From NCBI GenBank assembly GCA_051362555.1, contig CM120641.1:46382401-46446400 (forward strand): a DNA stretch of 64,000 nucleotides, written 5' to 3'. Shown piece by piece: positions 40,001 through 54,700 of the stretch. Position numbers and translations under genes: made by a program. Under the pieces are notes generated by a model, which ran no database searches, was not told the DNA's origin, and was given only the letters and a program-made list of their open reading frames with translations. Every line of letters begins with the position of its first letter. The first letter of the stretch is position 1. Source of the stretch: Lingula anatina. Taxonomy: Eukaryota > Animalia > Brachiopoda.

Positions 40001-42741
40001 ACTGTCCGGCCTTCAGACATTCAGGAGACAATAAACCATCTTTAATGCATCAATCTCCTAATTGGAAAAAAATTTAAAACCAGGTATAAGACTCTTATTC
40101 TTTTGTGTGAATGTCAGCCAGACAAAAGGCTTGAGACAAATTGAAGAATAAAAGTACTATCCAATGATGTGTTCAAAACCGGGCTAAATTAAAGCAGTAA
40201 TTGACACATTTTAACTGCACCAGGTGATTAAATAGGTTTACATAGCTTTTTAAATTCAAAAGGGTGGTAGGAATCTCGGTGAAGTCCAGTCAGCTTGTGA
40301 TGTAATTTAGTCTATTTCTGGTCTGAATTAGTCCTGGTGTGAACTTGCCTAATTTGACTGCTAAAAGACATTTGAACTTCTAACTCCCTCTAATGACCTG
40401 GTCATTATTACGCAGTATAAAGGCAATTACCAGTCCATTATTGTACCATATACCACATAATTGCCTTCTTTTATCTCAAAAGAAAATTGGCTTAGGTCAT
40501 ACGTTAAATATTCAACCACAGATATACACCATAATTCTTGTCTTGTCTTGTCTTGTCTTGTCGTGCACTTAGAGATAATAATTAAATGTGTGTGATAAAA
40601 AAAGGAAAGAATTGGGTGTTTATGAAGGGTGTTGAATTGCGATATGGTAACATTACTGTACTAGTAATCATCATGAAGCTTTATCAGGTAATAGTGTTGT
40701 ATGGTTTGTCATAGATACTATTTATCTGCAGTTTGGGATATTATCTTGTAAATGAATACATTTGGAATAAATAAATGATAAATCTACCAATAATACATTG
40801 CCCATGTGTTTTGAATGTAGAATTAAGAGGTAACATTTATTAACTTATGCAACTAAAAATTACAGTTATTTATTCTCTAAATAAAAAGGTGCAGAAAAAA
40901 ATGACTGTTTAGTCAAAAATTTTTGCATCTTTGCCAAGGTGTGACATAACCATTATTGTGATGTCTTCCTATAAACATCAATCAAAATGCAAACTACACC
41001 CATTTCATTATATGGCAAGTAGGTATTTATGACATAACATAAGGCAAGTTGCCATGGTCTTAATCCATTTAAATTTGAAAGGTGGTGTTCTTTAAAAGTA
41101 TGTACGTGTGCAGGGACATGTTTTTGCTTATATTTTCATACATAAAATTTAATTACTAGTGCAGTTGATTTTGACTTTGTGTTTGTGTATGTTTGTTTGT
41201 GTGAGTGAATTTGTGTATGTGTTGTGCATGCATATGTTTTCTTCCCAGAGGTTTAATTATTGTCCACTTGACAAGTAGAGCTATCTATATTTTATGAGAC
41301 ACGTCATGCCATTGTTCTCAGTGGTTAAGGGACCGGGGTTGGTAAATGGTCAGTGGCAGTCGGTCAGCCCTGGTCTTATTGATGACTGATCCGTCATCAG
41401 TTAGCACTGGGCATGGGGTCGAAATTAAACAATAGGCAAGGGAGAGAATTATATCTCTGTTATTCTGCATTCCTGGGAACCTGAGTCAGCTCTGTGAACT
41501 GTGGAACCTGATATCTAGAAAACAAAGAAAGCACATCCCAGTAACGAGGCATTCTTCCAGAAAAGCAAACTTGTTAAATGCATAATTGATAGCAAGGAAT
41601 CCCCCAATAACAGCTCTTTGATTGATAAATTCACTGCAATATTTAAGGGCCAGTTCTGCTGGCAAAGGCCTCTCCTCTGTTTTATAGGTTGACTTTTTTT
41701 GGGAGAGGGAGAAAAGCTGACCTGGGTTTTGAAAGGGGCGATTTACTGCCAATTGACCAATTTAGAAATCAATTTGCTCACCTTTGCATGTGGCCTGCCC
41801 CTACCAAGTTAGGACTAATTGGTAGCAGCAAGGAGCTCCCCCGTGTATTAACCTGTCTAGACTTATTTTAGCAGCTTCAAACCTCCCAAAAAACTGAAAA
41901 TAATAGAATTACAAAGGAGAAATGAAAAATCCGATCAGATTTGTAATTCCTTGTTTGTTATTTATAACAAAGTGTACAGTTGGTACCTTTCAGATTGTTT
42001 CCATGCAAGCGTGAACAGAGTATGTCCTATTATGAATAAACTGAGCTTGGCCTACATGCCTTGATAAGAGGGAAGTGGCCCTGTGAAGAAATAAGTATGC
42101 TTATACTGGTTTACCATTTCAAATCATCTACTATTTGATTTTCTCATTAAGAAGAGGAAGCAGTGTTGCTAAAGTGGAAGTTAAATATGTAGTCGTAGAG
42201 ACAGTGCGGAGTTTTGTGTCCACTCCATGTGTTTGTACAAAGTTGAAGTATGGCACTGGCTGCCTTCTACAATTTCACACTTAGAATTTTTTAAAAATGT
42301 GGAAAGGTATTAAATAAAAATGCATGACATGAGATTGCCCTATTATGCTTAACTGCTGTAGAGTATTACACAGGAGGTCTTTGGTGTAGATTTAAATTTG
42401 ATTTGTGTTGATTTCTGTAGATAGGAAACAAATGGTTTTAATGGAGTTAGATAAAAGGGGGAGTGGCAGAGAATATGTTTTTAATAAATGGAAAATACTA
42501 TGCTCAACAGGAAGTCTTTCAAGTTGTCCATCTGTCAAGGTCTGTGATGAGATTTTGTGTAGATCTTCGTGGAGGTCCGCTGTCTGCAAATATGTGATGT
42601 AATTTATTTTGTTGAAATTGGGCCCATAACAGAATCAATTTTCTGTTGAGAAAGGATTGAATAGAGAATGGTTTATTACTCGAGGGCCTTAATATTGCAG
42701 TTGGATAGATATCTGTTGTAAATTATCAACAAATTGGAAAT

Positions 42742-42773
<32 letters not shown>

Positions 42774-45700
42774 AATTGGTTCCAGCTCAGAATCAGGCTG
42801 GTAAAAATAAAGTTTTATTTTCGGCTAATTAGCCAGTTATGTCATAGCACAAGCACCTGGGAAGAGAAGGGTAGAGAAGATAAACCAGCCATTCACCCTT
42901 GTCTGTTTATCATGTCTAACCAGCCCCATGTTTTGTGTACAGAGTTCACTTAATGGTGATATTGATGTCCTTGTCTGCTTAGTGTCAGGCTAAACGCTAA
43001 TGCAGCCTGCAGGTATTGATACAACTTGTTTTTATTGGAGTACATCAGATATGGCCGTTTAAAAGCAAATAAAGAAGTGCCAGATATAGGGGCTGCTAAT
43101 AAAAAAGTGTTCCCACTTTCTGGTCTTTACCGCAAACAAAAATAGATCTGTGCTGTAGATATATAGAGTGACTACTCAACAGGGGCTCTGGGTATATTTG
43201 ACTCTCTCACTATTTATAAACCATCCCATAACAAGTGGACGGTTGCCATTTGTAGCGAACAAATTTATGTTGGGTAGAAATGGGCAAACACTTTTGCAGA
43301 CATGGTATATCTGGAACTTCTCAGTTTGGAGATGTTGTATAGAAAAGAATGGGTGAGATTTTTTGATGCATGTTTTTCAGTAATAAGATCTTTGATTGAA
43401 CCTATCAGTCATTAGAGTTCAATTATTTCAGACCCCCCCCACTTACTCTAGAAATAGTGATAAAGAGGCATTTAGTGCACTAAACAAAATAAAAATCATT
43501 GTTTCCAGTGATGCGCACATTGATGTCATATTGTGATGCTGTCGCCATTTCCACTCAGAATAAAAAAAAAGCTTTTCATTATTGTTGCTCGGCAGCACAC
43601 ATTGGCTTGATTGGAAAGTCACAATAACATTTCATTCTTGTACATCTTTCCTAGCCAGGATACTCATTGATTTGACTAGGGATGAAAATACCGCGCCATC
43701 AGTTAGCATGTGATGGAGAGGAATAATAAAAACAACCTTTTTCAATTCAAATTCGATGGTAAATTGGTAATTTCCATTCAGATTCTAATATCTGCCAGGG
43801 CTGGAAATCTGTCAGAGTTGATTTGTCCATCTATTCATAAGCCGCGGTTAGAATCAGATCCCATTCTAGTAATCAAGATTGAATATCATGTCTCTGAAGA
43901 TTCCGGGGGCAGATATGATATCAGAGACAGATCTTTTCATTTTTTTTCCGAGGCATATTTTTTCAGGAAATTTGATACTGGGGTCTGTTCCTGGGAGATG
44001 GGTATGTTCAATAAGTGGCTCTTTGTCTGCTGTTATTTTCTCATCTTGGAATAAAGAATATTTTATTGAGTTGTAGATTCTACATAAATTAAAAAAGACT
44101 ATAAGACAAAAAATTAGGGTATTTTGTGTCAAAAGTATGAAAGAAACCGCAAATGCATCAATATTAAAGAGCTGCCCTCTGGTGGATTTTGTTACCTGGA
44201 AGCAATCGCTTATCTTATGCCAGTTGTTTTTTCCCCACATTTTTATCATGGTAAGATGTTGATACGGGTTAAGAGGTGGCAGCATACCATCATGTCAGAG
44301 AAATTGAGACAATTAGATTGTTATAAATGGAAAAAAACTTGAGCGCTCAAAATTATGTTACCCCATATATGCACCAATGCATATTGACATAAAAAAAAGT
44401 TTATAAGAAAATATCTGTTTACGGAAATGAGTCAACCAGATGCAATGTTTAGGTGACCTTGGTATTTATGAAAGAGATTTTACAAGATTGTGAAGGCTTA
44501 CTTTTACGTAATGGTGTTACATCTATTTGTTTAGAAAATCACCTCAACGATACAGGTAGCTGAATTGAAGTGATGATTCACATACCTTCCTTAGTGTCTA
44601 AAGATGTCTGAAGATAGAGCAGGGAATTTTGATGATTAGAATTCGGTATTTTTTCTCTCGCATGACATTTATCTGTCATGTAAATATTGAGTGTAAGGAT
44701 GGGTTTGTTATTGCTAAACACTAAGATTTTAAATTCCAGAGCAGGTTGTAATCTGGCTATCAGATGACATTGTTTAGACCACTATCATTCTCAGTTCATC
44801 CCCTTGTGAACACGGCCACCATGGCTGATTTGGGCTAGGAGGTCCTGAAATATATAAACAACAATTTTTGATGAATGGGCCACAAATTATATTTTCTGAC
44901 ATTAATCTGCCAAGTAAATATCAAGTTTAATAGAGTGGCTTACTTCTCACCTGCCATTTAATTGTTACATAGCTCTAAATGGGTTTTAAAAAAATTTGTC
45001 CTGGGGTTAAAACATGTCAGCCATTAAATGATGATGATGTGGGCACAGTATGATGGTGATAAGCATGGAGCACTGAGTGTGAAGTGTCCTGGTAATCTTC
45101 AATAAAGAGGTGTCACAGATTACATCTTGTCCCGAGGGTGTCCTTCACATTCTGATAACTGTCTAGACAGTAGCCACTGGACCCAGAGGAACAAAGGCAG
45201 ACGGTGTTTTCAGAAAGATCTCACTTTTAGACGCAGCCTTGGTTCCTTGTCTTCTGGAATTTCTTCATTTAGACTTGAGATTGTGGGTATTATTAGTGTG
45301 GACACAGTAACAAAAAGCAAATATATTCAGAAAGGTCTTGGTTTCAGAAACTTACATATTAGTTTAGTTTTAAGGTTTTTATTAATAGAAGTTATTAGGG
45401 ATCCATAATAACAAAGACTAAGAATGTTTTCAGAGAGATTTGGGTTCAGGAAATCTGTCATGTTGGTATTTAGATTACCATAATGGATTCAGAAGAACAA
45501 TAGCAAAGAATGTTGTCAGAAAATGTTTGTTCCTGAAAAATTGCCTTTGTACTGGGATAACTTTTTATTTGACTCTTTACTAGTATTTTGAGGTCATAAT
45601 TATGGACAAAGAGAAAATTTTCTTGAAAAGAAAAGGGGGTAGGGGGTGATTTAAGATTATTTTAGCATAGACTTCATATTGTCATGTTTACTAAAAGAAT

Positions 45701-48700
45701 AGTAGATTGAATATTCTCAAGAAAATTCCCTGGGTTCAGGAAAAGTTCAGTTTAGTCCTCAGACTATTTTAATGATAGAAGCCCAGAAGACCAAAGATGT
45801 GGTGTCCTTTCCACAAGATGTCTGTTTCTTCTCTGCTTCACTTTTACCCTGGGATTATTCTAATTATTTTTTCTTTGATCTTATGTCTGATTGAAGGACA
45901 AGAACTCCGTGTGGATTGACATCAGATCCCAATATTGCACCAAACCAAGGGTCAAAAATCAATTAAAGTCAATCACTTAATTGCCACTCAAATGTATATG
46001 GGTCAATTATCTCAACTGTTCAGAGCTTTTGGAACGAAAGTTGAATATCGAGGAAATGCGATTGTTACTTAATTGTTAAGTGCCAACCTGAACCAAATTG
46101 AGTTGTAAGGAGTGATGGATGGATAGATGTAAGTTCTGTATGAGTAATCAAGCTAGTTCTAGTGTAAAATTATAGATTTATGGGCTACTTCCAGCCAGCA
46201 ATAATTTTGCCCTGGTTGCCATCAGTGAGATCACAGCACGAGGCTTTTCTTTCCGCTCTACTCGTAAAATCAAACATTTCCATCTGAAATTGATTTTCTT
46301 TTTCTCCTTTTCAAGTCGTGTTATTCCGGGCCGGGTGTCCTTTGTGTACCTGCACAAAGAGAGCCGGCACCACAAAAACATGACATTAGATTTCCATTCT
46401 TGAGTTTTCAGTTTCTTTTCCCCCAAAAACCACTGTATATTGCGGTAATGCCATCTGGTTGACTCAGAGACACAATAATGATTTATGGTTTAAGATATTC
46501 AGACACCATCAGGTGAAGTGATTCCTGCATTAAAAAAGGGAAAAAAAAGTCCTTTAATGGAAATATGCGTCATGGTGAATTAGTCTTTCTTCTGTTGGTC
46601 TCCGACCCAGGCACTTTTGAATCTCAATTAAAGAAAATCACGTCAGTTTACTGCTCAACTCATATGAAGTGGGGCTATGAATCATGTCAAAATTTTCAGC
46701 TTCTTTCCATTTCTTTGTTATAATATGTCCCAGTGCACCTGTTGGTATTACTTCTTATTTTACTGCTACACTTTTATTTGGGTCAGGTGTTTTTAAAAGG
46801 ACCTCTGATAAGAGAGCAACTTGAAAACATGACCTTTTCACGATAAAGAACTGAAAAATCACCATTCACCTGTCAAGTCTATCTGGCCGAGTCAACAGAG
46901 AGAGTAAACAGCGCTATCATGACAGCACATGGTCTATGGGGCCTGGCCAATGTTAGTGAAGATATGTGCAGATGGCTAGGAGAACGTGTACCTGGATGGC
47001 TCGGCAGCTAGCAGGTGGCAAACTTTTGAACAATAGGTGACATTTCAGCTCAATTTATTTTTCCAAACAGACAGCCATGACATATGGCAGCCCAGACCAT
47101 GTGACAATGCTAACAGGACCATGGAGCTCAATGTTTATTATTGGCCAATTGTAAAAATCTTGAACTTGTTATAAGTTCTGATCCTTATTGAAGTAACTTC
47201 TAAAGAAATAAAGTCATACAGATTTAGGCCTGTGCAAATAATGTTAAAGAAATCGTGTCAGCTGGACTCGATAATCACGGACACAGCTTACCTGCCCAAT
47301 TCTTACCTGTTTAGAGGAGCACATTGTTTGCGTGATCAGATCTTTCAGTATTTAATTGAATTATCAAGGGTGGAAAACCCTCTTCAGTAAATTGCCTGGT
47401 TCTTTCTGGTGCCAGGTAGTCTGCACCACTTAGCCAACACTAATCAGGTAGAATTAATTTGTAATTGAGATTTAATCATCACGGCTGATGTAACTGTGCT
47501 GCCTGCTGCTCTACATCATGTGTGTTTATAACTGGGGATTGCTTACAGTGGATCGTTCTGTGTCCATTTATGAGTAAATTTGAGTTGTGTTAATTTCATT
47601 GTGTCAGTTCAGATGACATAGGTGTTTCTGAAGTTGACGAAAGAAATATGGTGTTGTTATACATATACATAGTGAAGTGAAAAAGCAAAAGAATTGGGAG
47701 TTGTGGAGAAAGTTAAACTCTTAGTAAGACTTCTTAGCTTAGAGCATTCATGTTACGAAAGCACTGTAATTATAAATGTAAACATGTCACCTTGCACATC
47801 TTTTCTTCTTTAAGATTCATCATTTTAAATGTTACTGAAAATGCATCCTTTTCTGAAAACGACTCACTAAAATTCAGAGTTTGAGGATCATCTGTTTCAA
47901 ATATTGCCAACCAAATATTGTTTTGGGGAATGAGATTAATCAATTTTGTTCAAGTTTAGGAAGTAATCAAAGTAAGAGAGAAGATGGTTCTATAACCTGT
48001 AAGCGCCTTCTGGGAACCTTGGCTCTATAAATAAGTTCCAGAGAAGAAACATGGCTCATCAGCCTCTTTAAGTGCCACTTGTTAAACCAAGTTTGTCTGA
48101 ATCCACAGAGACCAGGGGTCGGAACATGGTCATCTGACTGGATAATGTTTGTCCAGTTGCCAAAAATGTCAGGTTGTTACAGGAAGTACTTGTTCTACCT
48201 TTTAACCTGATTGATACTTTCTGTGAGCTTTGTGTTCAGGGGAACTCGTTAAACTCATCCGCAGAGATGTGGTCAATGGTTGGCTGTCTGCTGCCCAAGG
48301 CGGCAACTTTGATCTTTTATTGAAGTGAGAGGTGACTCTCAGAAACATGGGCTTTGCAAGTTAATAAGGGCACAAGTGAATTGGTGTTAAAATTTCATCT
48401 GTTGGCTGTCCTGTTAAAAATAAATGGAAACCTGTATTTTTACTGGGTAAAACCTTTAGAGTAAGTATCAGACTGTAACAGTCTTATTACAAGAGTTTTG
48501 CTCTCTTTTCAACCCAAGCTGCTGGCTTAGGGCTAGTTGCAGGGTCGTTCAGTGTTATGATTAAGATTCCGCTAGGAGCTCAGGTGCAACAAGAAAGAAA
48601 ACAGTTGTCATAATTCTGGCATTTTCTTCTCTCCTTCAGCAGCTTGTCAGTGTTGTCTTTGAATACAAGCTTCTGTATATTCTATTGCTGCACAAACATG

Positions 48701-51700
48701 TGCCTTATAATGTCTCTTTTTAGCTCTCTTAGGTGTAAGAGTTAAAATGAGGGATAAATACACAATCAGCTTGTTATGAATTCTGAAAGCACTTTCCCTG
48801 CCTAACATAAGTGACTGCAGCTCTTTAATAAGATTTTTTACCTCATCTTAAAACCCAGTGTAAGGTATTTAATAGACTTTATTATTCTCTGCATTTAATA
48901 TCCTGCAAAAACGTGATTGCCATTAATTACCTAGAAAGACAATTTCATTTTATTTGTGCTGCACGTGCTCGTGTATCAAATCAAAGAGTGAGAATTGTAA
49001 GTGATCCTACAGTTGGTATACATGTTCATCAAAACTGTCTACTCTCACAGCAGCTGAAAACTTGGGTGAATGTATTGATGTAATGCCTAATTAACAAAGA
49101 ATAAATCCACAAAGTTAGTCAGTTACAAAATATGGAATAATGGATTTGTGTAAAAGATCTTGGTCAGATTATTTGCCCAAAGTAAACTATTTTATCTTTC
49201 ATTTTACATTGTGAGCACAGAAATTCCAGTGATTCACTTTTGATGATGAATTTTTTGAGTGACTTATGGTAAATTATTTGGCAAAATGTAAATTATTTCA
49301 TCCTTTTTTTGGTATTGTGAACCCAGAAATTCCAACCCCACTGTTTTGTGAGTGTTTTGTTAGCAGTGTAGTAGAGATAAAAGCTACAAGGATAACCTTA
49401 CCTCTCCAAACATGTGAAATTGGAACCCTGTGGATAGAAATACAGATCCAAAATGCGATAAATACAAAGTTCCCTAGTTTGAAAATTTCCCCCCATTACT
49501 GGTACAGGTAAATTCTTTATTGCTTTATGTAATGATGGAAATTTTCACCAATGAAAACTTAGAATTAATAAAATTTTTCACCTAATAGTTTTATCCATAT
49601 TGGGTAAAGCAGTGTGTACCAGAACATTTGACATTCTGTAGAAAAGAAAAGTTTGATAGTTCCCTGTTGTTTCTAGGGGGGAGGAGATAAAAATTTGTAG
49701 ATTGGGCTGATTTCTCTGAAGTACAAACAAAATTAAATGTATGCCTTAACTTCTAGTCAGTTTTGATAGAATAGAAATCGGTTGTAGACCCCATAAATGA
49801 AACACTGCACTTGCTTTACAAAAAGCAAGAAAAGACCAATATAGTTCACCAGCAGTTAGTTAATTTCAGTAAACTACTAAAATTTTCTTGTTTAAAATGG
49901 ACTCGCTTAGTTAGGATCAATTCTGAGCAAACATTCTTTGAGAAACCCTGCCTTGGGGGGTCAGTGAGTGCTGAGCTTACAGGTGGGGCAGGTAACTGAC
50001 AGGTGGGGAGAGGTGGAGACTTGCCCTGATGAAGAGCTGAGAGATGCAAGGATTTTCAAAGCTCAGTGGGAGCAATTTGATGCAGTGTTGTGGTGAAAAG
50101 TTAGGATTCCTTTCTTTGAACTCTGAAGCTCAGCACTGTGGTGGTTGTCAGTGACTTGTCAGTGGGCAGGCATCTTCTACCTGTAGTAAAGGAGTCATTC
50201 ATGATTATAAGGGGATAAATATTATTGGGAGGGAGGGTGAGGAAAGCAGCAAAACTTTATTTTATAAAAAATAAAACCTGTTTGAGTACTGATATGCTAT
50301 ATAGACTGTTGATGAAATTGTGGGGTCTAAGGTGACAGTCGAGGGGAGAAAAAAGAAAAAAAATCTTTCGTTGATTTATGATATCATATCCTCATTCTAA
50401 TTGGTGATTTAACAGCTTCACGCTTCCCAGCTCAAGTACTAGTACAGTTCAAGTATAGTTTTAACTGTTAAAAGGGAGAGATGTAAATTTCCTTAGATAA
50501 CTACAACATTCAGTGGCCTGGAAAGTGGGGCCATGTTCAAGTACCTGTTGTCTGCAGGATAATTTGAAGGCTGTATTTCATTTTCTGTTACCTTCTTAAT
50601 ATAAAGCCCCATTATCCCCTATATCTTTGTCCTTATGCCTACCCACTGGGGTAGCTTGTTATTTCTTTTGGCGGTTTGCAGCCTTTTTTTGTGTGGGGGC
50701 CTTGTGGGGTATTTAAAGATAGAAAGTTATGTTTATGTTACCATTACTTTGAAGAGCATCTTTTTGTATAGGAGTCTTGTCCTGTGCTTTAAGACAGAAA
50801 GTTTTGTTTATGCGCCCATTAGTTTTCAAGAGCTGAAGAGGAGTATGGTATTGGAGGAAGTGTTGCCTCAAGGTATAGCAACAGAGCGGGCATCTGCCAT
50901 GGTGCCGTTATGTCTGAAGTAGACATCACCTGAAAAAGTGGGGTCAGGTAAACATGGCCATTACCATGGTTACGAAGAGACCTGGCGCGTGCTCTCCCCC
51001 AGGAGCTTATTTCTGCTCCGTTCAGTAACTAACATAAAGTGAAGTGGTTTTGATGGATATGGCTGCCCAGATGAGCATGCGGGGCCAATGAAATGCTAGT
51101 CTCTATTAAAAAGTCGTAACAATTAGCGAAGCATATGGCTTTAATAGTCTAAGTTAATCTGGGCAATTCATCACGATTCTCATACATTTGACTTCTAATT
51201 GTTTTATAAGTAAAAAATTGTCTCCTTCCAGTCTGGAGATATGATGGATGGTTGTCAGTGCTAGACTAGATAATTGATATCCTTTCATTTCTGAGGCTGG
51301 TTGAACTGGAGTCTAGCTGCTTATGATGACATCAGAGTTGGCAATGCTGTTTTGCGTCTAAATAATTCAACTTTCAAGTAAAATGAATTTGAGATGGCCA
51401 AAGTTGATTGCGTGACAGCATGCTTTTGTTCCAGCATTATGTTATGCAATTGACATGTATTTCGTTTGGAGAATAGAAAAACAAAAGCCCAACCAAACTG
51501 ACACGTGTGAATCACTTTCCTTTGTCAAGCTTGTTAATGAATGGTGTAGGAGTTGCGTTAGCTGTTTCTACATAAAAGTGTCAGTCTGAAGGTTGACAGT
51601 AATGGATGAAGTGCATACCTAGTTAACGTTATTGCTTTCTAAGAACAAGGAAAGAAAAAAAAAAACTGACGTGTTTCTGTAAGGCTCTTGGAAAGGAGAC

Positions 51701-54700
51701 TGATAGGGTATGATGCAAAGGTTGGCAGCATAATTTGTACTGGGTATACTTCGGCACTAAAAGGGTAATTAGTCTAACTATGAGGCTTTCTCTACAGATG
51801 TGCCCAATTCAGCCCATTGATTTATATTACAGATCAAACACATATCAACCCAATGTGCAAACCAAGAGAAATGGTTAGCATCAATGTCTGATATCAACTC
51901 ATCTGTTGGGTGCTATAACATTGATCCTGTTGGCTGTCATGTAAATACAGGGAGATCTCTTTTGACGCGTTCACTACCCAAATAGCTTTAAATGTTAACA
52001 GTACAACTGATGTTTCTAGGGACTAATTTCATAAGAGAAAGAAATAAAATGATTAAACTCTTTAGTTTACTTTGACTCAGAACAAATAATAGAACATTTT
52101 AATGACAATATTGTTCAAAAAGCAAAAGTAATTGAAATTGTCCACGTTTTAGACAGATGGTACCTTTGTTTTAGTAGACTACGATATATTTGTTAATGTC
52201 ATTGGTGACAGTGGCATAATTTGGTACCTAAACTATATTTATAGTAGCAAAATTGTATAACCATCCCAAACCAATATCACAAAGTTAGCTTTACAGAGTA
52301 AGCTGATTTCAACACTCTACGCTAAGCAAAAAAGGAGTTTTGTGAGATAGACCACTGGTTTAACATAAACCTGTTTTGAACGCAGCCTTCTTCATCAGTC
52401 TTCCAGATTAAGCGCTGTTAGTTCATTGAATGTGCAGATTGGCATTAAACAGGATAAGAAAACCACTGGTTTTGATGGTACAGTGTGTGAGGAGATGTGT
52501 GGAAATTGTGCTTTTGTTGCTCCTAGAATTCCCCATCTGTTACCTTTGTGACAACAGAATGGCTAATAAACTAATATTTTGATGTTGTGTAAATTAACAT
52601 CTCAGGCCTATCATATTGTTTTGGGTGGAAAATACAAAGAAGCATGCAAGGATGAGCAAGTACCCAAAATTTTATGTAGGCTTGACACTTTTTTTCTTCT
52701 TTTGTTGAAAACTTGGCAAGCTACAACAACTCGTTGTGCAATGTTGGCAGTGAGTGAGTAATAACAGGAGACTGATTGGCCAGCTCAAAGTAATTGCTGC
52801 CATTTTGCCAATGGTACAAGACGTGCACATGAAAAATTAAGAGAGTTGTATTGGCAAATTACTGATGGCTTTTACAAAAAAGGCTGTCTGACAAGAAGGC
52901 TTAAGGTCTAGAATAGTCGGACAAAGTAAAACTTGGAAGTGAAATTGAGGAACCTAAAATGTGTCATCATACAAAGAGATTGATAGACCAGAGATTTTTA
53001 AGTTTGAGGCTCAGGGTACCATTGACAAGATGATATTTCAGACTTAGTTTTAAGTTAGATCTAGTTTGAATATGCCTGTAGGCTTCCTGTGGAGAGACTG
53101 GTGTTTGTAATTTATGGCATAGACATGACATGGAGCCTAAGGGGCCCTGGGGAGTTGTCGAAAAAAGAAAAAAAAAGGATAAATTATTGTTGGTCTTTAC
53201 CTTATGACTTGGATAATGACAATTCAGCTGTTTGACATCAAGTGTGAATGAAAATTTCATTTGTTCTCTTAAAAAACAGACACTCATTTGCAAAGATGGA
53301 ATAGCATAGTAAACTGTGATGTACCAAACCACATGGTGTCCATTCAATGAAATAATCAATGATCGTAATTTTAAAGATACAAAAGATTTTCAATTCCTAA
53401 TGTTCCAAACCACATGGTTACCTTGTCAGAAAACCCACCTCCTTTTGTACTAAGCTACGCATAGGGATCGTTATTCCTGTGTCCAAACCAGTGCTTACTT
53501 GTCATGTTTTCTTGTTAGCTCACTATGCCTGGGCGGCTTATTCACTTTTAACCTAATTTGGTTAATGGATCAGGAATGATAGCAGTTTATTGGGAGATAA
53601 TGTGTGAAATGAGATCGTCAGTGATTAGAACCTAGTCCGATTATGTTAAGATTATGATAATGTATCAGTTACGGCTCTGCCGTCTGTCATGCATTTTCAC
53701 AATAACTTTGTGATCTTCGTTTGATTTTTGGTCCGTTCAGTTTGATTTCTGGAGTTCTCCGGGGAGAATGTGTGTTGCTATGAAGAGATGGATTTTCTTT
53801 CTTCCCTGGCCTTTTAATTAACGATGAAAACAAAGAAATAGTAGGCTGATGAATGGGCTGATGTGTCTATGATTCATAAGATGGGATAATTCCCGACGTA
53901 GCCAAACAAATAAGTGCCGTTGTTTGGAGGTAATTAAAAGTAATAACAGATGTGATTGAAACAGAGAAATTAAAACGTGACATTGATGCTAGGGTAAGAA
54001 TTATATTACTCAAAGAAAAGGGATAACTTTTCATCTTCCTAGCAGTGTGACTATAATAGTCAATCAGAGTACAATGTTGACAGATAACTGATCTATTTTG
54101 ATTAACTCTAAGGTCTTCTTTTAAATGGAAACATTAAGGTGCTTGGGTAATGTATTATTTTTGGCAGGTAGGCAAATATTGGATTAGGCAGCTGCATCAC
54201 TTTATTGGTAATACAATGAAAACACTGTGCTGATGCTCCACCTTGCTGTAAACTACTAAATTAAAACACTTTCCCTGCTTTTCTTGGCAAGTGTGATATC
54301 TCCAAGGCATCGCTTACAAGCAACTTAACGCTATTCTGGTTGATCTTTTGGCAAACAATTAGTTTACCAAAGGAGTCCGTTTACAAACATTACCCCTGTA
54401 AGTGTTCCCATTCAGGACAAGATAGATTGATACTAATGCAATCAGTCCACACCTCCACTATCTGTGAGGATGTACACCTTGTAAGGTTACCTTTGGGCGG
54501 TGAATCTGTGTATTTTGGCGTGTCTTACCAAAAAATAATAATAAAAAAAAAACTCTTTGAGAGCCATTCCATGGTGTTGCCCTCTCCCTCTTTACCCCAT
54601 CGTAAAATGTTTGACTTTCCCCAAATTAGGTCTTCCGAGAGACTTAAATGATAATATTTTGGATTATTTTCTTGTCTTTGTTACTGGATATGAAGGTTTA

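Noticed and set aside
41310-41380. tRNA A-box-like CTCAGTGGTTAAG with a small hairpin
   Set aside because: No B-box or cloverleaf, so no support for a tRNA or SINE.
42743-42775. Recurring poly-C then poly-A junction (also at 2628 and inverted near 55802)
   Set aside because: Low-complexity slippage tracts with no associated element that I could identify.
43710-44342. Overlapping 65-139 aa ORFs in the TRIM9/67 intron
   Set aside because: No recognisable domains or splice-consistent structure; consistent with chance ORFs.
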